Shown: positions 40,944 through 51,228 of the stretch, one piece after another
Numbering within the stretch: the first letter of the stretch is position 1
How the letters are laid out: the number at the start of each line of letters is the position of its first letter
Translations under genes and position numbers: made by a program
The notes under the pieces: model-generated
The model's input: only the letters and a program-made list of their open reading frames with translations
The model's database searches: none
What the model was told of the DNA's origin: nothing
From: a virus
Taxonomy: Duplodnaviria > Caudoviricetes
Strand: one strand, 5' to 3'
Virus record (IMG/VR): IMGVR_UViG_3300031813_000006
Location: 59,598-123,597 of that record
DNA: 64,000 bases

Positions 40944-43706
40944 TTACTTTTTCTTCTTAGCGTCCTGTGCCTTTTTCTTAGCAGCAACATCATATTTATT
41001 CTTATTAGTTCTAGCAATTTCAAGTGCTTTTTCTGAAGCATCTCTTTGTGCTTGAATCTTTTCTCTTGCAATATTCATTTTATCTTCATGAGCTCTAGAT
41101 TGGTTATCAACCTTTTGCTGATTTAGGTCCATAGTAGATTGATACACTTTGTCTTTTTGTAAAGAATCCATATAATCTACATAATCAGACTGAGCGTTAT
41201 TATTAAAGTCTTTCATGGCCATATAACCTGCAGCACGGATCTCAGCTTCAAGAATATGTGATTGCCTATCTTTTTCATTTTCAGATGCAAGGAATTCAGC
41301 TTTTTGTTGTTCTTCAGCTTGTTTAGCTTTAATCTGTTCTTGTTGCATATTGAACTCATGTTCTTGTTCATCCTTCTTAGCCTTGTCAGCTTTCTCAACG
41401 GAATCTTTAAGGATTTGCTCAATAGTAGCCAAACTGTCAGACTTAATTATATTAGCCAGATCATAGATACTAGCTCCAGTATTAGGATTACTCATGGCCA
41501 TTTGCTTAAGTTGATCTACAACATTACGCATGGAAGCTTTGGTAACTGCAAATACATTGATATCTCTTAATAGTAAATCAGTGCCATTCAACTCAAAGAA
41601 CTTACGTTCTTCATTATTAGTGATATACTGTAGTCTATTAGTTGGATTCTTTGTTTGATAGTACTGGGCCAGATCAGTTCTCATCTGATGTACGCGTGGC
41701 ATTAAGTAATCACTATGTTGAATAAAGTACATTTCTGTTTGAGCAAAAGATGCATTAACTGCTATCTTGGCCCCGGTTGCAGTTGATTGCTCCAGGTTCT
41801 CTCCCATACGTTGTTGATTAACACCTATGATTTCAAAAGCTTGTTGTTTAAAATACTCTCCTAATTTGATACGGGATAACAACCTATTGGTTTGTTCCAT
41901 ATCTAACTTTTGGAAATGAGTATTACCTATAGCATTTTCTGTATTAGCAATAGTACCATCCAATGGCAAGATTTGGAAGTTCTTCATTGCCACAAAAGCT
42001 TTAGCATAATTGTTCTTACCCCAATCTTCTCCTAATGAATGTTTAGGTAATGCATTCTGATCTAACATGATCACAGTACCTAACTCATCAATTAAGATAT
42101 CAGCTATTTGATTGTTAACTATATTATAACCAATTTGATATGGTTTCATTAAGTCAATCATAGCTGTTGACCTGGTATTTCTATCTGTAAATACCGCACC
42201 TTCTACAGGAAGTTTACAACCATAAACTGTACTATCACCTTTAAATTGAAACGGTAGTCTAGATATTGTATTCTTATTGATACCTAGATACATAGGTGTT
42301 ACACCACCGCTATTAGGCATCCCCCAGAAGCTAGGTCTATTAGGTCCAATTTTAACTCCACCCCATGTTTCATTAATCCAAATCCAATCAATATGTTCAC
42401 CAAAGACCAAATTATCTTTATCTTTTCTCTTGATCAGAGTATTGTTATATAATGGTTTATCAGTTATCTTATATGTCTCATCTACTACATCCATAGTAGA
42501 TACTCCATTTTCATCAATCTTGGTTAGATGTCCAACCCGGCGTTGTGATTTCCAATAAGCAGTTGTTACGCGTAATAGGTAACTTGTACCTAAATCCAGG
42601 TAATCTTCTGATTCAGAAGTAATCCAATTCACAATATCACCCCCTACTTGCATGTTATCCCACATAGAAGCATACTGTCTCCATCCTAAAGATGGCATAT
42701 TAGTATTCCATTCATGAGATCTAGTAGGATCATAATAAGTTCCATCATTTTGGAAACCTTGTACAGCCATACCAGCAGACCTAACCGGGTATATAGCCTC
42801 TAAAGATTTAGTCTGATCTTCTGTCATGATATAACCATAACGGTCAATTACATCAGATACAGTCATCATTTCTATTTTACCTACAGCATTTCCTTGGGAA
42901 ATATATCTAGTTTCAGGAGACTTATGATAAAAAGTAAGTACTGGGTTCCACAGTTCTACTTCATAATCATCTTCCATCATTTTAAAATGCCAAAATTCTC
43001 TATCAGTAATTAAAGAATCTCTAAAGCCACGCTCTTCTAATTCTTCCATATGGAAGCGTTCTTTATCTATAGCATACTGATGCTCAGCCCATTGCTCAGG
43101 AATATTTTGATATTTCTTAGTAAAAAAGCTTTGAATTTCAGGAAGTGATTTAATATTGTCAGGAGACATTTGTTGTTTAAAATCATCACTCTCAGGATCT
43201 ACACCCATCTCCTGCATCTTTTGTTGCATCTTTTGTTCTGCATCTGATACCAAAGCATCTTCTATTTGCTGCCTTTTCATCTCAAACATTTCATTGTAAG
43301 AGTAGTCATCAGTGGTTTTGTAGGTGATTTCTGTATTTCTTTTAGCAAATTCTGTCACCATTGTGTTGATGACATTGGGGATAATAGGGTAAAACTTTAA
43401 CTCAAGAGCTCCTGAATCTTCTTTAGTAAGGTTATCAATTAGATCAGAGTATTCATTATTTTCTTCTACTATATAATCCGTCCTATCAATAATCCCTTTG
43501 GCTAATTTATAATTCTTCATCAACCTTCTAGCATTACGTCTCAACTGTTTAAGACCTTGCCATTCTTGCCAATCTATATTCCAAGCAGTCCATTGTTCAT
43601 CTTTTTTATCCCTGGAAATAAATTGAATGGGTTGGATGAGTGTTCCTAATCTATTACCGTCAGCTTTGGCGCCTGACTTTAATTGCATTCCGTTAAATAC
43701 TTCCAT
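40944..43706 (-). CDS. Portal protein
   Basis: 920 aa after TerL; YPIIPNVIN, LMKPYQIGYNIVNNQI, IGVNQQRMG motifs; long C-terminal coiled coil. Confidence 0.85.
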   Translation of the reverse strand: MEVFNGMQLKSGAKADGNRLGTLIQPIQFISRDKKDEQWTAWNIDWQEWQGLKQLRRNARRLMKNYKLAKGIIDRTDYIVEENNEYSDLIDNLTKEDSGALELKFYPIIPNVINTMVTEFAKRNTEITYKTTDDYSYNEMFEMKRQQIEDALVSDAEQKMQQKMQEMGVDPESDDFKQQMSPDNIKSLPEIQSFFTKKYQNIPEQWAEHQYAIDKERFHMEELEERGFRDSLITDREFWHFKMMEDDYEVELWNPVLTFYHKSPETRYISQGNAVGKIEMMTVSDVIDRYGYIMTEDQTKSLEAIYPVRSAGMAVQGFQNDGTYYDPTRSHEWNTNMPSLGWRQYASMWDNMQVGGDIVNWITSESEDYLDLGTSYLLRVTTAYWKSQRRVGHLTKIDENGVSTMDVVDETYKITDKPLYNNTLIKRKDKDNLVFGEHIDWIWINETWGGVKIGPNRPSFWGMPNSGGVTPMYLGINKNTISRLPFQFKGDSTVYGCKLPVEGAVFTDRNTRSTAMIDLMKPYQIGYNIVNNQIADILIDELGTVIMLDQNALPKHSLGEDWGKNNYAKAFVAMKNFQILPLDGTIANTENAIGNTHFQKLDMEQTNRLLSRIKLGEYFKQQAFEIIGVNQQRMGENLEQSTATGAKIAVNASFAQTEMYFIQHSDYLMPRVHQMRTDLAQYYQTKNPTNRLQYITNNEERKFFELNGTDLLLRDINVFAVTKASMRNVVDQLKQMAMSNPNTGASIYDLANIIKSDSLATIEQILKDSVEKADKAKKDEQEHEFNMQQEQIKAKQAEEQQKAEFLASENEKDRQSHILEAEIRAAGYMAMKDFNNNAQSDYVDYMDSLQKDKVYQSTMDLNQQKVDNQSRAHEDKMNIAREKIQAQRDASEKALEIARTNKNKYDVAAKKKAQDAKKKK

Positions 43707-43707
43707 A

Positions 43708-45906
43708 TTACTTTAAGTTTTTAAAAGCACTTCTTTTAACTGTATAATTGGAATCAGGAGATTGACCCCTTCCTCCCATATGATTAAATGCACTCTTAGA
43801 CAATTTATACAAATTTTTTGACTTTTGCAAGTCTTCTTTTGATTCTTCTACTCTTTTTTTCATCCCTCTATTAGCTTGTTGCACTTTTACAAAGGCAATT
43901 AAAGCACAAAAAGAAACTAATCTATCCACGTTTAAACCCTCTTCATAGGCTGCCATTTCTTCCAGAATCATCATATCTGGAATCCTTTCTACCCCATAAA
44001 TGGTTTTTACAATGGTACCATCCGGTTTAGTTTCCTCATCTAAATGTTCTTTTAAGAATTCAATTCCATAACTAAGAAGATGTTGTTTAAACAGTGTACC
44101 GGTATTTCTCCATCCATATTCTTGATATACATTGGCATTAGAACCTATCTCTTTTAAAAAGATCATTTGGGTCTTTGGGACCAGGTACTTTTGCTTCTTT
44201 CTTTCAATCATATGTCTAATAAACAAAGGTACGTTGTTTTCCACTACCGTCCACGCATTATACCATTCAATTATCTTTTCTAATCTCTCATGTGTTTTAT
44301 TAACATCATCAAACCGGCCACACCAAGATGCTACTATTTTGTCACCTTCAATATGGGTTTGTGGTCCATCAGGGGTATTCTTAGTTACCTCTATTGGATT
44401 CTTATAAACAATAATAGAACAAAGGGAGTCTGAAGTAGTTGTCTTTCCTTCAGACACAGGATCCACAGAAGCATAGTAAGTTGCAAAAGGAGCATTTGGA
44501 ATAGGTCTTTCCCAAACTACTAATACCCCTTCTTTATCTTCTGTCCGCATAGATATTGGGAATTCCCTGATAGGATACTTAGTAGATGTTTTAGATTCTA
44601 CTTTTCCTAGAGCATCATAGCTAAGTTCTATAAATTCATACGCGTATGTTTTCTCTTCAATCCTTTGTTTCTGAGCACTGACAAGATGTAAAGGAAATAC
44701 AGAGGCTTTTCTAAATGCAAAAGCTTCAGCTATATTCTTAGGACGTTGAGAGATCCTTAACTGATAAATATCAGGTTGAAGATCTTTTTTCCATATAAGT
44801 CTTTTGTCATCTATGGCTTGAATGGCATCAGCAACTAAAGAGTTACCATAGGAATCTATATAGGGTGGCATAGACCACTGTTCTGGGATGAACAAACCGG
44901 ATACACCAATGGTTCCTTTGTCATCTAAAAGGTTGGTATCCACCGCGTAAATGTTATTAACCTCTGGATATAGAATCATTTGTTTAAGAGGTCCGCACTG
45001 ATCTAAATCACCCACGGATCCAGCTGCTATAAAAACACCAGTAGTAAGATCTCCAGATTGAAGAGCCGGTGTGGCAAATTCATATGTGGCATCCATCTTA
45101 GGGGCAATACCCGCTTCTTCATGAAAGAATATTTTACAAGGTCCCCCTACACCATTAGTAGGATCCTTATCAAAAGTTAATCCTTGAATGGTTCCTTTCA
45201 GACCTACCATGGATTTTTTATTACCCTTTTTAGATTCAATTTGTTGTTGCCACATACCTACTTTACCAGGAGTCATTGGCCGGTACCAAGCAGTATGTTC
45301 ATTTAAGAAAGACATATATTCATTTAAGAACTTCCAAGTTCCTTTTTCATTAATGTAATCTTTATGGCTAGCCCCCATTTTATTAATGGAACCTTCTTCA
45401 AACCAAATCTGATTAATCATTTTAGCAGCGTGATAATAACTAGATGCTATCTGACGTTTCTTTAAGATGGCTATATGTCTATAATGTAATTCAGCTAAGC
45501 ACTCATATAAGGCCATATGATATTGTGCATCCCTTACTTTAGCAAAACCAAATTTAGCAGACTCCTTATCATATATAGGAAGAAAATTTAACCACATGTA
45601 ATAATCTCTAGGAATATACCAGGTGTTTTTATCATTCACAAATATAACCCCTCTTCTACATTTTAATTTCTGATCATCCCAATAGTTAAGAAAATCTTTA
45701 CTCATATAAGGAGCTGCACAATAAATCTTAGTTTTATTCCAGATCCGAGCCTGCTCATTAAACATGTAACTAGTCTCATCAAAGTTATATTCACCAGGGA
45801 TTTTAAACATGCTTAATACAAAATCCCTAAAATCTTGTAAGGTAGCAAATGATCTAAGAGACCATGTACCATTTTTCCATTGTGGTATATCTATGTAGTT
45901 ATCCAT
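43708..45906 (-). CDS. terL: Terminase large subunit
   Basis: Walker A variant LKKRQIASSY, Walker B FFHEEAG, coupling motif AGSVG, RNase H-like YYASVDPV, VENN and NVDR motifs. Confidence 0.9.
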   Translation of the reverse strand: MDNYIDIPQWKNGTWSLRSFATLQDFRDFVLSMFKIPGEYNFDETSYMFNEQARIWNKTKIYCAAPYMSKDFLNYWDDQKLKCRRGVIFVNDKNTWYIPRDYYMWLNFLPIYDKESAKFGFAKVRDAQYHMALYECLAELHYRHIAILKKRQIASSYYHAAKMINQIWFEEGSINKMGASHKDYINEKGTWKFLNEYMSFLNEHTAWYRPMTPGKVGMWQQQIESKKGNKKSMVGLKGTIQGLTFDKDPTNGVGGPCKIFFHEEAGIAPKMDATYEFATPALQSGDLTTGVFIAAGSVGDLDQCGPLKQMILYPEVNNIYAVDTNLLDDKGTIGVSGLFIPEQWSMPPYIDSYGNSLVADAIQAIDDKRLIWKKDLQPDIYQLRISQRPKNIAEAFAFRKASVFPLHLVSAQKQRIEEKTYAYEFIELSYDALGKVESKTSTKYPIREFPISMRTEDKEGVLVVWERPIPNAPFATYYASVDPVSEGKTTTSDSLCSIIVYKNPIEVTKNTPDGPQTHIEGDKIVASWCGRFDDVNKTHERLEKIIEWYNAWTVVENNVPLFIRHMIERKKQKYLVPKTQMIFLKEIGSNANVYQEYGWRNTGTLFKQHLLSYGIEFLKEHLDEETKPDGTIVKTIYGVERIPDMMILEEMAAYEEGLNVDRLVSFCALIAFVKVQQANRGMKKRVEESKEDLQKSKNLYKLSKSAFNHMGGRGQSPDSNYTVKRSAFKNLK

Positions 45907-46424
45907 TATTTTTGGTCATAAGCTGTAAATGAACCTCCGCGCGCAGAACCTTTTTGTTCTTCCATAAGATCTTTATAGGCACCTTTATAAGCATCTCTTA
46001 CCTCATTATATTTAGAGGCCGCATTAATTAAAGCTGTTAGGTTACCATCTCTACCATGGGATATGCTTGTGCTACCCATGTAAGTAGCCAATCTATCAAG
46101 CATGCTTTTAATACCATTAAAAGCTCTTAAGGTTGGGGTTTCATATAAAGTGTGACAAAGAGCTAAAGCTTCTTGAACAACTGTATCTTCTGTTGAAAAG
46201 TCCACACCAACTTCTACAAGGATTAATTCCTCTTTAGTCTCTTCAGGAGTATTAAAGAAAGGATTAATCTCAGGGTTAGGACATGTCATATAAAAGAGAT
46301 ATGAATAAACCTTAATATGGTTTTCAGGATAAGCTTCTTTTACAGCCTTTAGCTTCTTTAAATTATAACAGTGTACACTAGGTATTATAACACCATTCTC
46401 TATATCTATCAAACTAATTATCAT
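45906..46424 (-). CDS. Conserved helical protein, possible terminase small subunit
   Basis: 172 aa abutting terL; ends in ARGG motif; function inferred from position only. Confidence 0.45.
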   Translation of the reverse strand: MIISLIDIENGVIIPSVHCYNLKKLKAVKEAYPENHIKVYSYLFYMTCPNPEINPFFNTPEETKEELILVEVGVDFSTEDTVVQEALALCHTLYETPTLRAFNGIKSMLDRLATYMGSTSISHGRDGNLTALINAASKYNEVRDAYKGAYKDLMEEQKGSARGGSFTAYDQK

Positions 46425-47254
46425 TATTTCTTGGTTTTAATTAGGTGTCTATTACTTTTTACATAGTTAATCATGTCCTGAACTTCTTTCTTATAATAAG
46501 GTAATTCGTGAACCTGTACATCCTTTACTATAAAGTTTCCTTGTTCATCCTTTTTATAAAGAGGATATCCATGGGCATCTTTACCTTCACTTTCAAAAAT
46601 CACATGTTCTATGGTTAACTTACCAGGTTTTAAGTTGTGATTATGTTTTAGAATCATGTACATATACAAACTTAATTGAATACCATAATGTACAATGTGA
46701 CAATCTTCTAGATGAGAAAGTGGACCAGTCATCATTGTAGTAACACCTTCCCAATTAGTGTACCCATTGAAATTTAGTTTCTTATTGGTTTTGTAATCTC
46801 CAATATTAACATGATCATTGATAACTTCTACCCTATCTGATTGTCCACATAATCCTGCAGATACTAGATAAACAAAATGTTCTGGATAAATACCATTAAC
46901 AAGTTTTTGTTCAGGTGCAATTTTAATACCCTCTTTAAATAATGGTTTAAATACAGGAAGTTCTATACCATCTCTTACAATTGTATCACAATCAGTTATA
47001 TCTTTTTCTCTTTGATCATGATACCAGGTACCCATGTCAGTTGCGCGGAAGCCTTCATTATCCCATATATTTCTTATAGATTCCGGATTCATTCCATACC
47101 AAGTAGATTTCTTATTCTTAGAAGAACTGATAGAAGACTTTACAGAATCAAAAGGTTGTTTAAAGTGGCTTACAAAAGTTGTTACACTTAACCAATCTAT
47201 TAAGGTATCTACACTTTTGTATTCATGTTTCTCAGGAGTGAATGTTAGTATCAT
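46424..47254 (-). CDS. PD-(D/E)xK exonuclease
   Basis: SVTT, GTWYH, GQSDRV, GDYKTNK, YGIQLSLY motifs; start moved to MILTF (47254) to avoid a long overlap. Confidence 0.8.
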   Translation of the reverse strand: MILTFTPEKHEYKSVDTLIDWLSVTTFVSHFKQPFDSVKSSISSSKNKKSTWYGMNPESIRNIWDNEGFRATDMGTWYHDQREKDITDCDTIVRDGIELPVFKPLFKEGIKIAPEQKLVNGIYPEHFVYLVSAGLCGQSDRVEVINDHVNIGDYKTNKKLNFNGYTNWEGVTTMMTGPLSHLEDCHIVHYGIQLSLYMYMILKHNHNLKPGKLTIEHVIFESEGKDAHGYPLYKKDEQGNFIVKDVQVHELPYYKKEVQDMINYVKSNRHLIKTKK

Positions 47255-47570
47255 TTTCTTTAGATTTAATTTGTTCATTAATAGCGTTTTCTTCTTCTTC
47301 AGTAACCTCTGCTTTCCAGCGGGAGTCATCACAAGCACTAGATAAAGATCTTAATTTAAAAGCTAAAGAACATCCACAAAGACCACAACATGGATTAGTT
47401 CCTGGTACCATACATTTACTTCCTTCAGTATCTATATGAGGACAAGCCTCACAGATAGCTTTACGTTGGGCAGCAATATCTTCAACATGCTCCGTCTTGA
47501 ACAGAGAGTTTTTTACGCCTTCTAATATTTTGCCTTTTTCTTTCCAGATTTTTATAATAGAGTTCTCCAT
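47232..47570 (-). CDS. Cys-rich Zn-finger protein
   Basis: CEAC...C...CCGLCGC...C...W pattern. Confidence 0.65.
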   Translation of the reverse strand: MENSIIKIWKEKGKILEGVKNSLFKTEHVEDIAAQRKAICEACPHIDTEGSKCMVPGTNPCCGLCGCSLAFKLRSLSSACDDSRWKAEVTEEEENAINEQIKSKENDTNIHS

Positions 47571-47928
47571 GTTTTTTAATTATGTGTTGTTTTTCTAGTT
47601 CATATTCTTTTTTAGTATCTGCAACTAGTTTTTCTAGTTTAGCACAATACTCAACAGCTTCATTGTATCTTTCCATTCTTCCAAACGTTAAAGGTAGTTC
47701 TGACTGTTCTATTTTAGATTTAAGATCCTCATACCTTTTTTCCAATTTTAAATGGTTAATGGTGAACACTCCAAAGTTTATAATCTTGATTCTTAAAAAC
47801 TTTAACGTATTCATTTTGAGTTTAATCTCTTTCCAATAGAAGTCAACTATACAATCAACTAGTTCTTCAGAGTAACCTGTTTCTTCAGCTGTCTTTGCTA
47901 TTAGTTTATTATACTGTTGCTGGTTCAA
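47482..47928 (-). CDS. HU/IHF-like DNA-binding protein
   Basis: LIAKTAEETGYSEELVDCIVDFYW...RIKIINFGVF matches the HU/IHF N-terminal fold. Confidence 0.65.
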   Translation of the reverse strand: MNQQQYNKLIAKTAEETGYSEELVDCIVDFYWKEIKLKMNTLKFLRIKIINFGVFTINHLKLEKRYEDLKSKIEQSELPLTFGRMERYNEAVEYCAKLEKLVADTKKEYELEKQHIIKKHGELYYKNLERKRQNIRRRKKLSVQDGAC

Positions 47929-48280
47929 CTCTTAAGATTTTATAGTTAATAAAAATATTCCCTTCAGTTTGAATGTCAGGAATGTTAAGAGCTATCTTCT
48001 TTTTATTAGATCCTTTCTTTATAATCAAACCTTTCTTTTCAGCTTTAGTAACTGCATTCCTTACAGATTGACTACAGCCAAAAATCTTATTAGAAGAAGC
48101 ATCATTACAAAATTCTCCTAGAGTCTTCTCTCCTGTTAATGCCAGGAGAGTAAGACAACTAAGATCTAAATCAGATATAATTATATCTTTAATATGGCAA
48201 TGCATAGCAAGCTGAAGCTTGACTATACGCCATAAATCCATACGGATTTGTTTATCCACTTGTGTTAATGAAATTGCCAT
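47909..48280 (-). CDS. Winged helix-turn-helix DNA-binding protein
   Basis: SQSVRNAVTKAEKKGLIIK recognition helix and wing. Confidence 0.55.
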   Translation of the reverse strand: MAISLTQVDKQIRMDLWRIVKLQLAMHCHIKDIIISDLDLSCLTLLALTGEKTLGEFCNDASSNKIFGCSQSVRNAVTKAEKKGLIIKKGSNKKKIALNIPDIQTEGNIFINYKILRVEPATV

Positions 48281-48314
48281 GTTGGTTTAGGTTTTCTATT
48301 ACGCTTAATATAAA

Positions 48315-48578
48315 TTAGACTGATGGAGTATCTATCTCTTTCAGAAGTTCTTCAACCTTTTTTCTATCAGTTGAAACTCTTCCTTGGATGTATTTATGAA
48401 CCCCATCTTCAGGAACCTCTTCTAAAGCTTCATCAATTAATGTATCATTAAGTTGATTTAAAGCATCATCTAGGTCCTGGATTATAACTGACATTGGAAC
48501 CTTGTTCTTAGCTATGAGAACTTTAGGCGCTTCTGTATTACTATAAACTATCTGTAGGTCAACTTTTATTTCAGCCAT
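48315..48578 (-). CDS. Hypothetical protein
   Basis: 87 aa ORF in operon. Confidence 0.55.
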   Translation of the reverse strand: MAEIKVDLQIVYSNTEAPKVLIAKNKVPMSVIIQDLDDALNQLNDTLIDEALEEVPEDGVHKYIQGRVSTDRKKVEELLKEIDTPSV

Positions 48579-48580
48579 GT

Positions 48581-49267
48581 TTATAAAGATTTAATTAGTT
48601 CAAGTAATTGAGGTTGTGGTGAGCAATCAAATTTATCCTGACGTACATTGGTATGTGTCCATAATCCTCCGGTACCTTTTAATGCACCTTGGTTAAGTTC
48701 AAAAGCTGTAGCTCCTAGTGGAACTAATTGCTTTAAACCTACTGACAAATCTATAGAATGAACTTTAGCCACATCTAATATCAATGCTTTAAGGCTAACT
48801 AATTGAGCATCAGTATATTTATGATAGTAACGGAACCCTCTAAAAGGTTTACCTAAATCTACTACATCTGATTCTGGAACTGCTTTATTAACGTAGTTTA
48901 AATAGGTACCATTAATAGTCTTTGTAAGTGGTCCGTAGTTACAGATCTCAATAGCAACTGATTCACTATTCAATTGAACATTGTTTGCTGCATTAAGACC
49001 TAGATGGTAGGCCCAATACTTATCATCAAATGCGCGGTACACCTTGCCATCAAAGTCAGTGTTACCATCAGTAGTAGCTTTACCACCAATAACATATGCA
49101 GTAGATACAGGGACATGATGTCCTTCTTTATCTGTTGCTGATTGCCATCCTGAAATAGTCCAGTCAGGACGGTTACCACCTGCAGTATGGTGAATGTAAA
49201 TAGTGTTCTTCTTAACAACTTGTTGAAAGTAAACACCCGGGGTTAATAAGTCATCTGTAAAAGTCAT
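48581..49267 (-). CDS. N-acetylmuramoyl-L-alanine amidase (Amidase_2 endolysin)
   Basis: IYIHHTAG, WAYH, SVAIEICN, LWTH...DKFDC zinc-amidase motifs. Confidence 0.85.
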   Translation of the reverse strand: MTFTDDLLTPGVYFQQVVKKNTIYIHHTAGGNRPDWTISGWQSATDKEGHHVPVSTAYVIGGKATTDGNTDFDGKVYRAFDDKYWAYHLGLNAANNVQLNSESVAIEICNYGPLTKTINGTYLNYVNKAVPESDVVDLGKPFRGFRYYHKYTDAQLVSLKALILDVAKVHSIDLSVGLKQLVPLGATAFELNQGALKGTGGLWTHTNVRQDKFDCSPQPQLLELIKSL

Positions 49268-49271
49268 GAGA

Positions 49272-49925
49272 TTAAAGAGTTAAGGATTTAGAAATGTTAG
49301 GAAATAAGTTCTTAAAGATATCAGAAATTGCTAAAGCAATCTCCCTGTGTTCTAATTGAGTATTCTCAGCACACCTGATTTGCAAATAATGGATCCAACT
49401 TCTTACAGAACCCTTCATGTAAATCTTAGTTTGGGTAGTTAAAGGGAGTACCATACGCGCACATTCTTTAGCCACACCTTTATCTAGAAGGTCTTTATAT
49501 AAACGTTCACTATACATTATATGTTCTTCAATAAGTTTTTGAGCATCTATAATACCTTCTAATGTATTGAACATTTTAGGATTGAAGGATTCTGTAGAGG
49601 ATTGTCTATTCTTTTCAGCTTGTTTTCTTAATTGTACTGGCTCAAATTCTGTAGCCTTAGAATACCTTTGGGAAAATTCCTGAAAAGAAAAGCTTCTGTG
49701 TCTCAAGATTTGTTGAGCAATAGCCCTAGATGTTTCAATTGAAACAGTCATATCAACCATTTCAAATGGGGACCAATGCTTATGTTTAATCAAGAAAGCA
49801 ATCAATCTGTCTGCAGTTTCCATATTCATTTGATTCTCTGGATTGGAAACCCTAGCCGTATATACAATGATCTCTTCAGGTAAAAGATCTACACTAGATG
49901 TATGAGATATAAGTTCTACTTTCAT
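49272..49925 (-). CDS. thyX: FAD-dependent thymidylate synthase
   Basis: HWSPFE and RHRSFSFQEFSQRY signature, TQLEHREIA; start moved to MKVELIS (49925). Confidence 0.95.
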   Translation of the reverse strand: MKVELISHTSSVDLLPEEIIVYTARVSNPENQMNMETADRLIAFLIKHKHWSPFEMVDMTVSIETSRAIAQQILRHRSFSFQEFSQRYSKATEFEPVQLRKQAEKNRQSSTESFNPKMFNTLEGIIDAQKLIEEHIMYSERLYKDLLDKGVAKECARMVLPLTTQTKIYMKGSVRSWIHYLQIRCAENTQLEHREIALAISDIFKNLFPNISKSLTL

Positions 49926-49926
49926 C

Positions 49927-50298
49927 TTAGCTCTTTTTAAGTTTACGGATTTGGTTTTCAGAAAGACCATTGCTGGTTTCTTCTTGTTCTTCTACTGGAG
50001 GTTCTGATGCTACTTTGTTAGTGGGAACTTCAGGCATTTGTGGTTCAGGACCATCTTGTTCTTCAGTGTCTTCATCAGGTTGTTGAGGAGCCATCATTTG
50101 AGCAATTCTCATACGCGCTACTTTATAACGCAGATCTAACTCAGATAATTCCACCATTAAAGTAAGATGAGCTTTCTTTGCTTTAATGTAAGATTCTTCT
50201 TTCTTCCATTGGGCCATGTCAGCCTTTTGAATTTCTTCAACTCTTGCAATATACGCGGCTATTTGCTCAGGAGTTGGTTCTTGATTTTGGTTTGCCAT
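49927..50298 (-). CDS. Hypothetical coiled-coil protein with acidic tail
   Basis: 123 aa ORF. Confidence 0.55.
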   Translation of the reverse strand: MANQNQEPTPEQIAAYIARVEEIQKADMAQWKKEESYIKAKKAHLTLMVELSELDLRYKVARMRIAQMMAPQQPDEDTEEQDGPEPQMPEVPTNKVASEPPVEEQEETSNGLSENQIRKLKKS

Positions 50299-50410
50299 TG
50301 TTATAGGTTTAGGTTTAAACTTTTCAAAGTTAAACTTATTTTAGTTATTATACAAATTAATGACATTAATTTTGAAAATTAATATTGTTTAACCTTACAA
50401 GTTTAAACTT

Positions 50411-50444
50411 AAAAATCCCAAATCTTTTTTAAGGATTTGGGATT
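50411..50444 (-). terminator. Terminator hairpin
   Basis: AATCCCAAATC...GATTTGGGATT inverted repeat with T run on minus strand. Confidence 0.6.
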
Positions 50445-50484
50445 CAACACTTGGCAGTGTAAAGTTTTCCAGGACGGAAAACAA

Positions 50485-50715
50485 TTAATGTTTTATACCA
50501 AAGAAATGATCAAGAAACCAATGATACAATCCAATAAGGATTGGGGTACCAATGATAAGTCCACCGGCAATTTTACCTTTAAGTTTTTCATCTGACTCTT
50601 TATAAGCTTCAAGACTATCAACTCTAGATGCAAGACCTTTTACTCCTGTATTTTGATTACCTACTATTGCAGTGTAGATATCGTCTAGTTTTTTTTCTTG
50701 ATCAGTGGTCATCAT
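50485..50715 (-). CDS. Small membrane protein, holin-like
   Basis: Coiled coil then single C-terminal TM helix IAGGLIIGTPILIGLYHWFL; near amidase. Confidence 0.5.
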   Translation of the reverse strand: MMTTDQEKKLDDIYTAIVGNQNTGVKGLASRVDSLEAYKESDEKLKGKIAGGLIIGTPILIGLYHWFLDHFFGIKH

Positions 50716-50723
50716 TGTTAGAT

Positions 50724-51155
50724 TTATTCAGTTATGAACTCTCTAAGTGCTAATACACTTAAACCTGTAATTTGTTCACTTGAACCAAAATCATCTAATT
50801 TAACCGGATAGATTTCTACATCTACCATTGTCTTTGCTAAAGCGTCTAACAAACTTTCAGTCTCTGCTTTAATTTCTGGTGTAGGGAATACATACACAGA
50901 ACTAGGAACAGTAATACCTTGTTCATTGATTACGTTTTGTGTTTCAGTAACAGGCTTGCCTTCACTGTCTTTACTACAACGTGACTCAAGGATGTTTTGA
51001 CGTGCAGCATCAAATGTATCAATAGCAGCTCCTACAGACTTAATAGTCTTAGCAGCATTCCAAGATACTTTCAACGGAGCCTTAGATTTAGACAACTCAA
51101 TAAGAGTAGGTTGAAAAGATGCTTTTAATTCTAAGTTGGAAATGTTAATAGTCAT
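50724..51155 (-). CDS. Conserved phage protein (DUF1617-like)
   Basis: LIELSKSKAPLKVSW...KDSEGKP pattern; start moved to MTINIS because a TAAATTTG promoter box lies at 51180-51187. Confidence 0.5.
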   Translation of the reverse strand: MTINISNLELKASFQPTLIELSKSKAPLKVSWNAAKTIKSVGAAIDTFDAARQNILESRCSKDSEGKPVTETQNVINEQGITVPSSVYVFPTPEIKAETESLLDALAKTMVDVEIYPVKLDDFGSSEQITGLSVLALREFITE

Positions 51156-51228
51156 AATAATAGTGTTTGTTGGTTTAGACAAATTTAAGTATAATTTCAT
51201 TTGGTTGTACCAACAAAAGTAAAAAATT

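Noticed and set aside
37852-45906. Introns or inteins in TerL, portal or MCP
   Set aside because: Continuous ORFs of expected size with no intein or homing endonuclease motifs seen
3243-47839. Plus-strand and alternate-frame ORFs inside late genes (e.g. 3243, 7374, 13288, 37978, 40304, 47034)
   Set aside because: Shadow ORFs overlapping well-supported genes, with atypical composition
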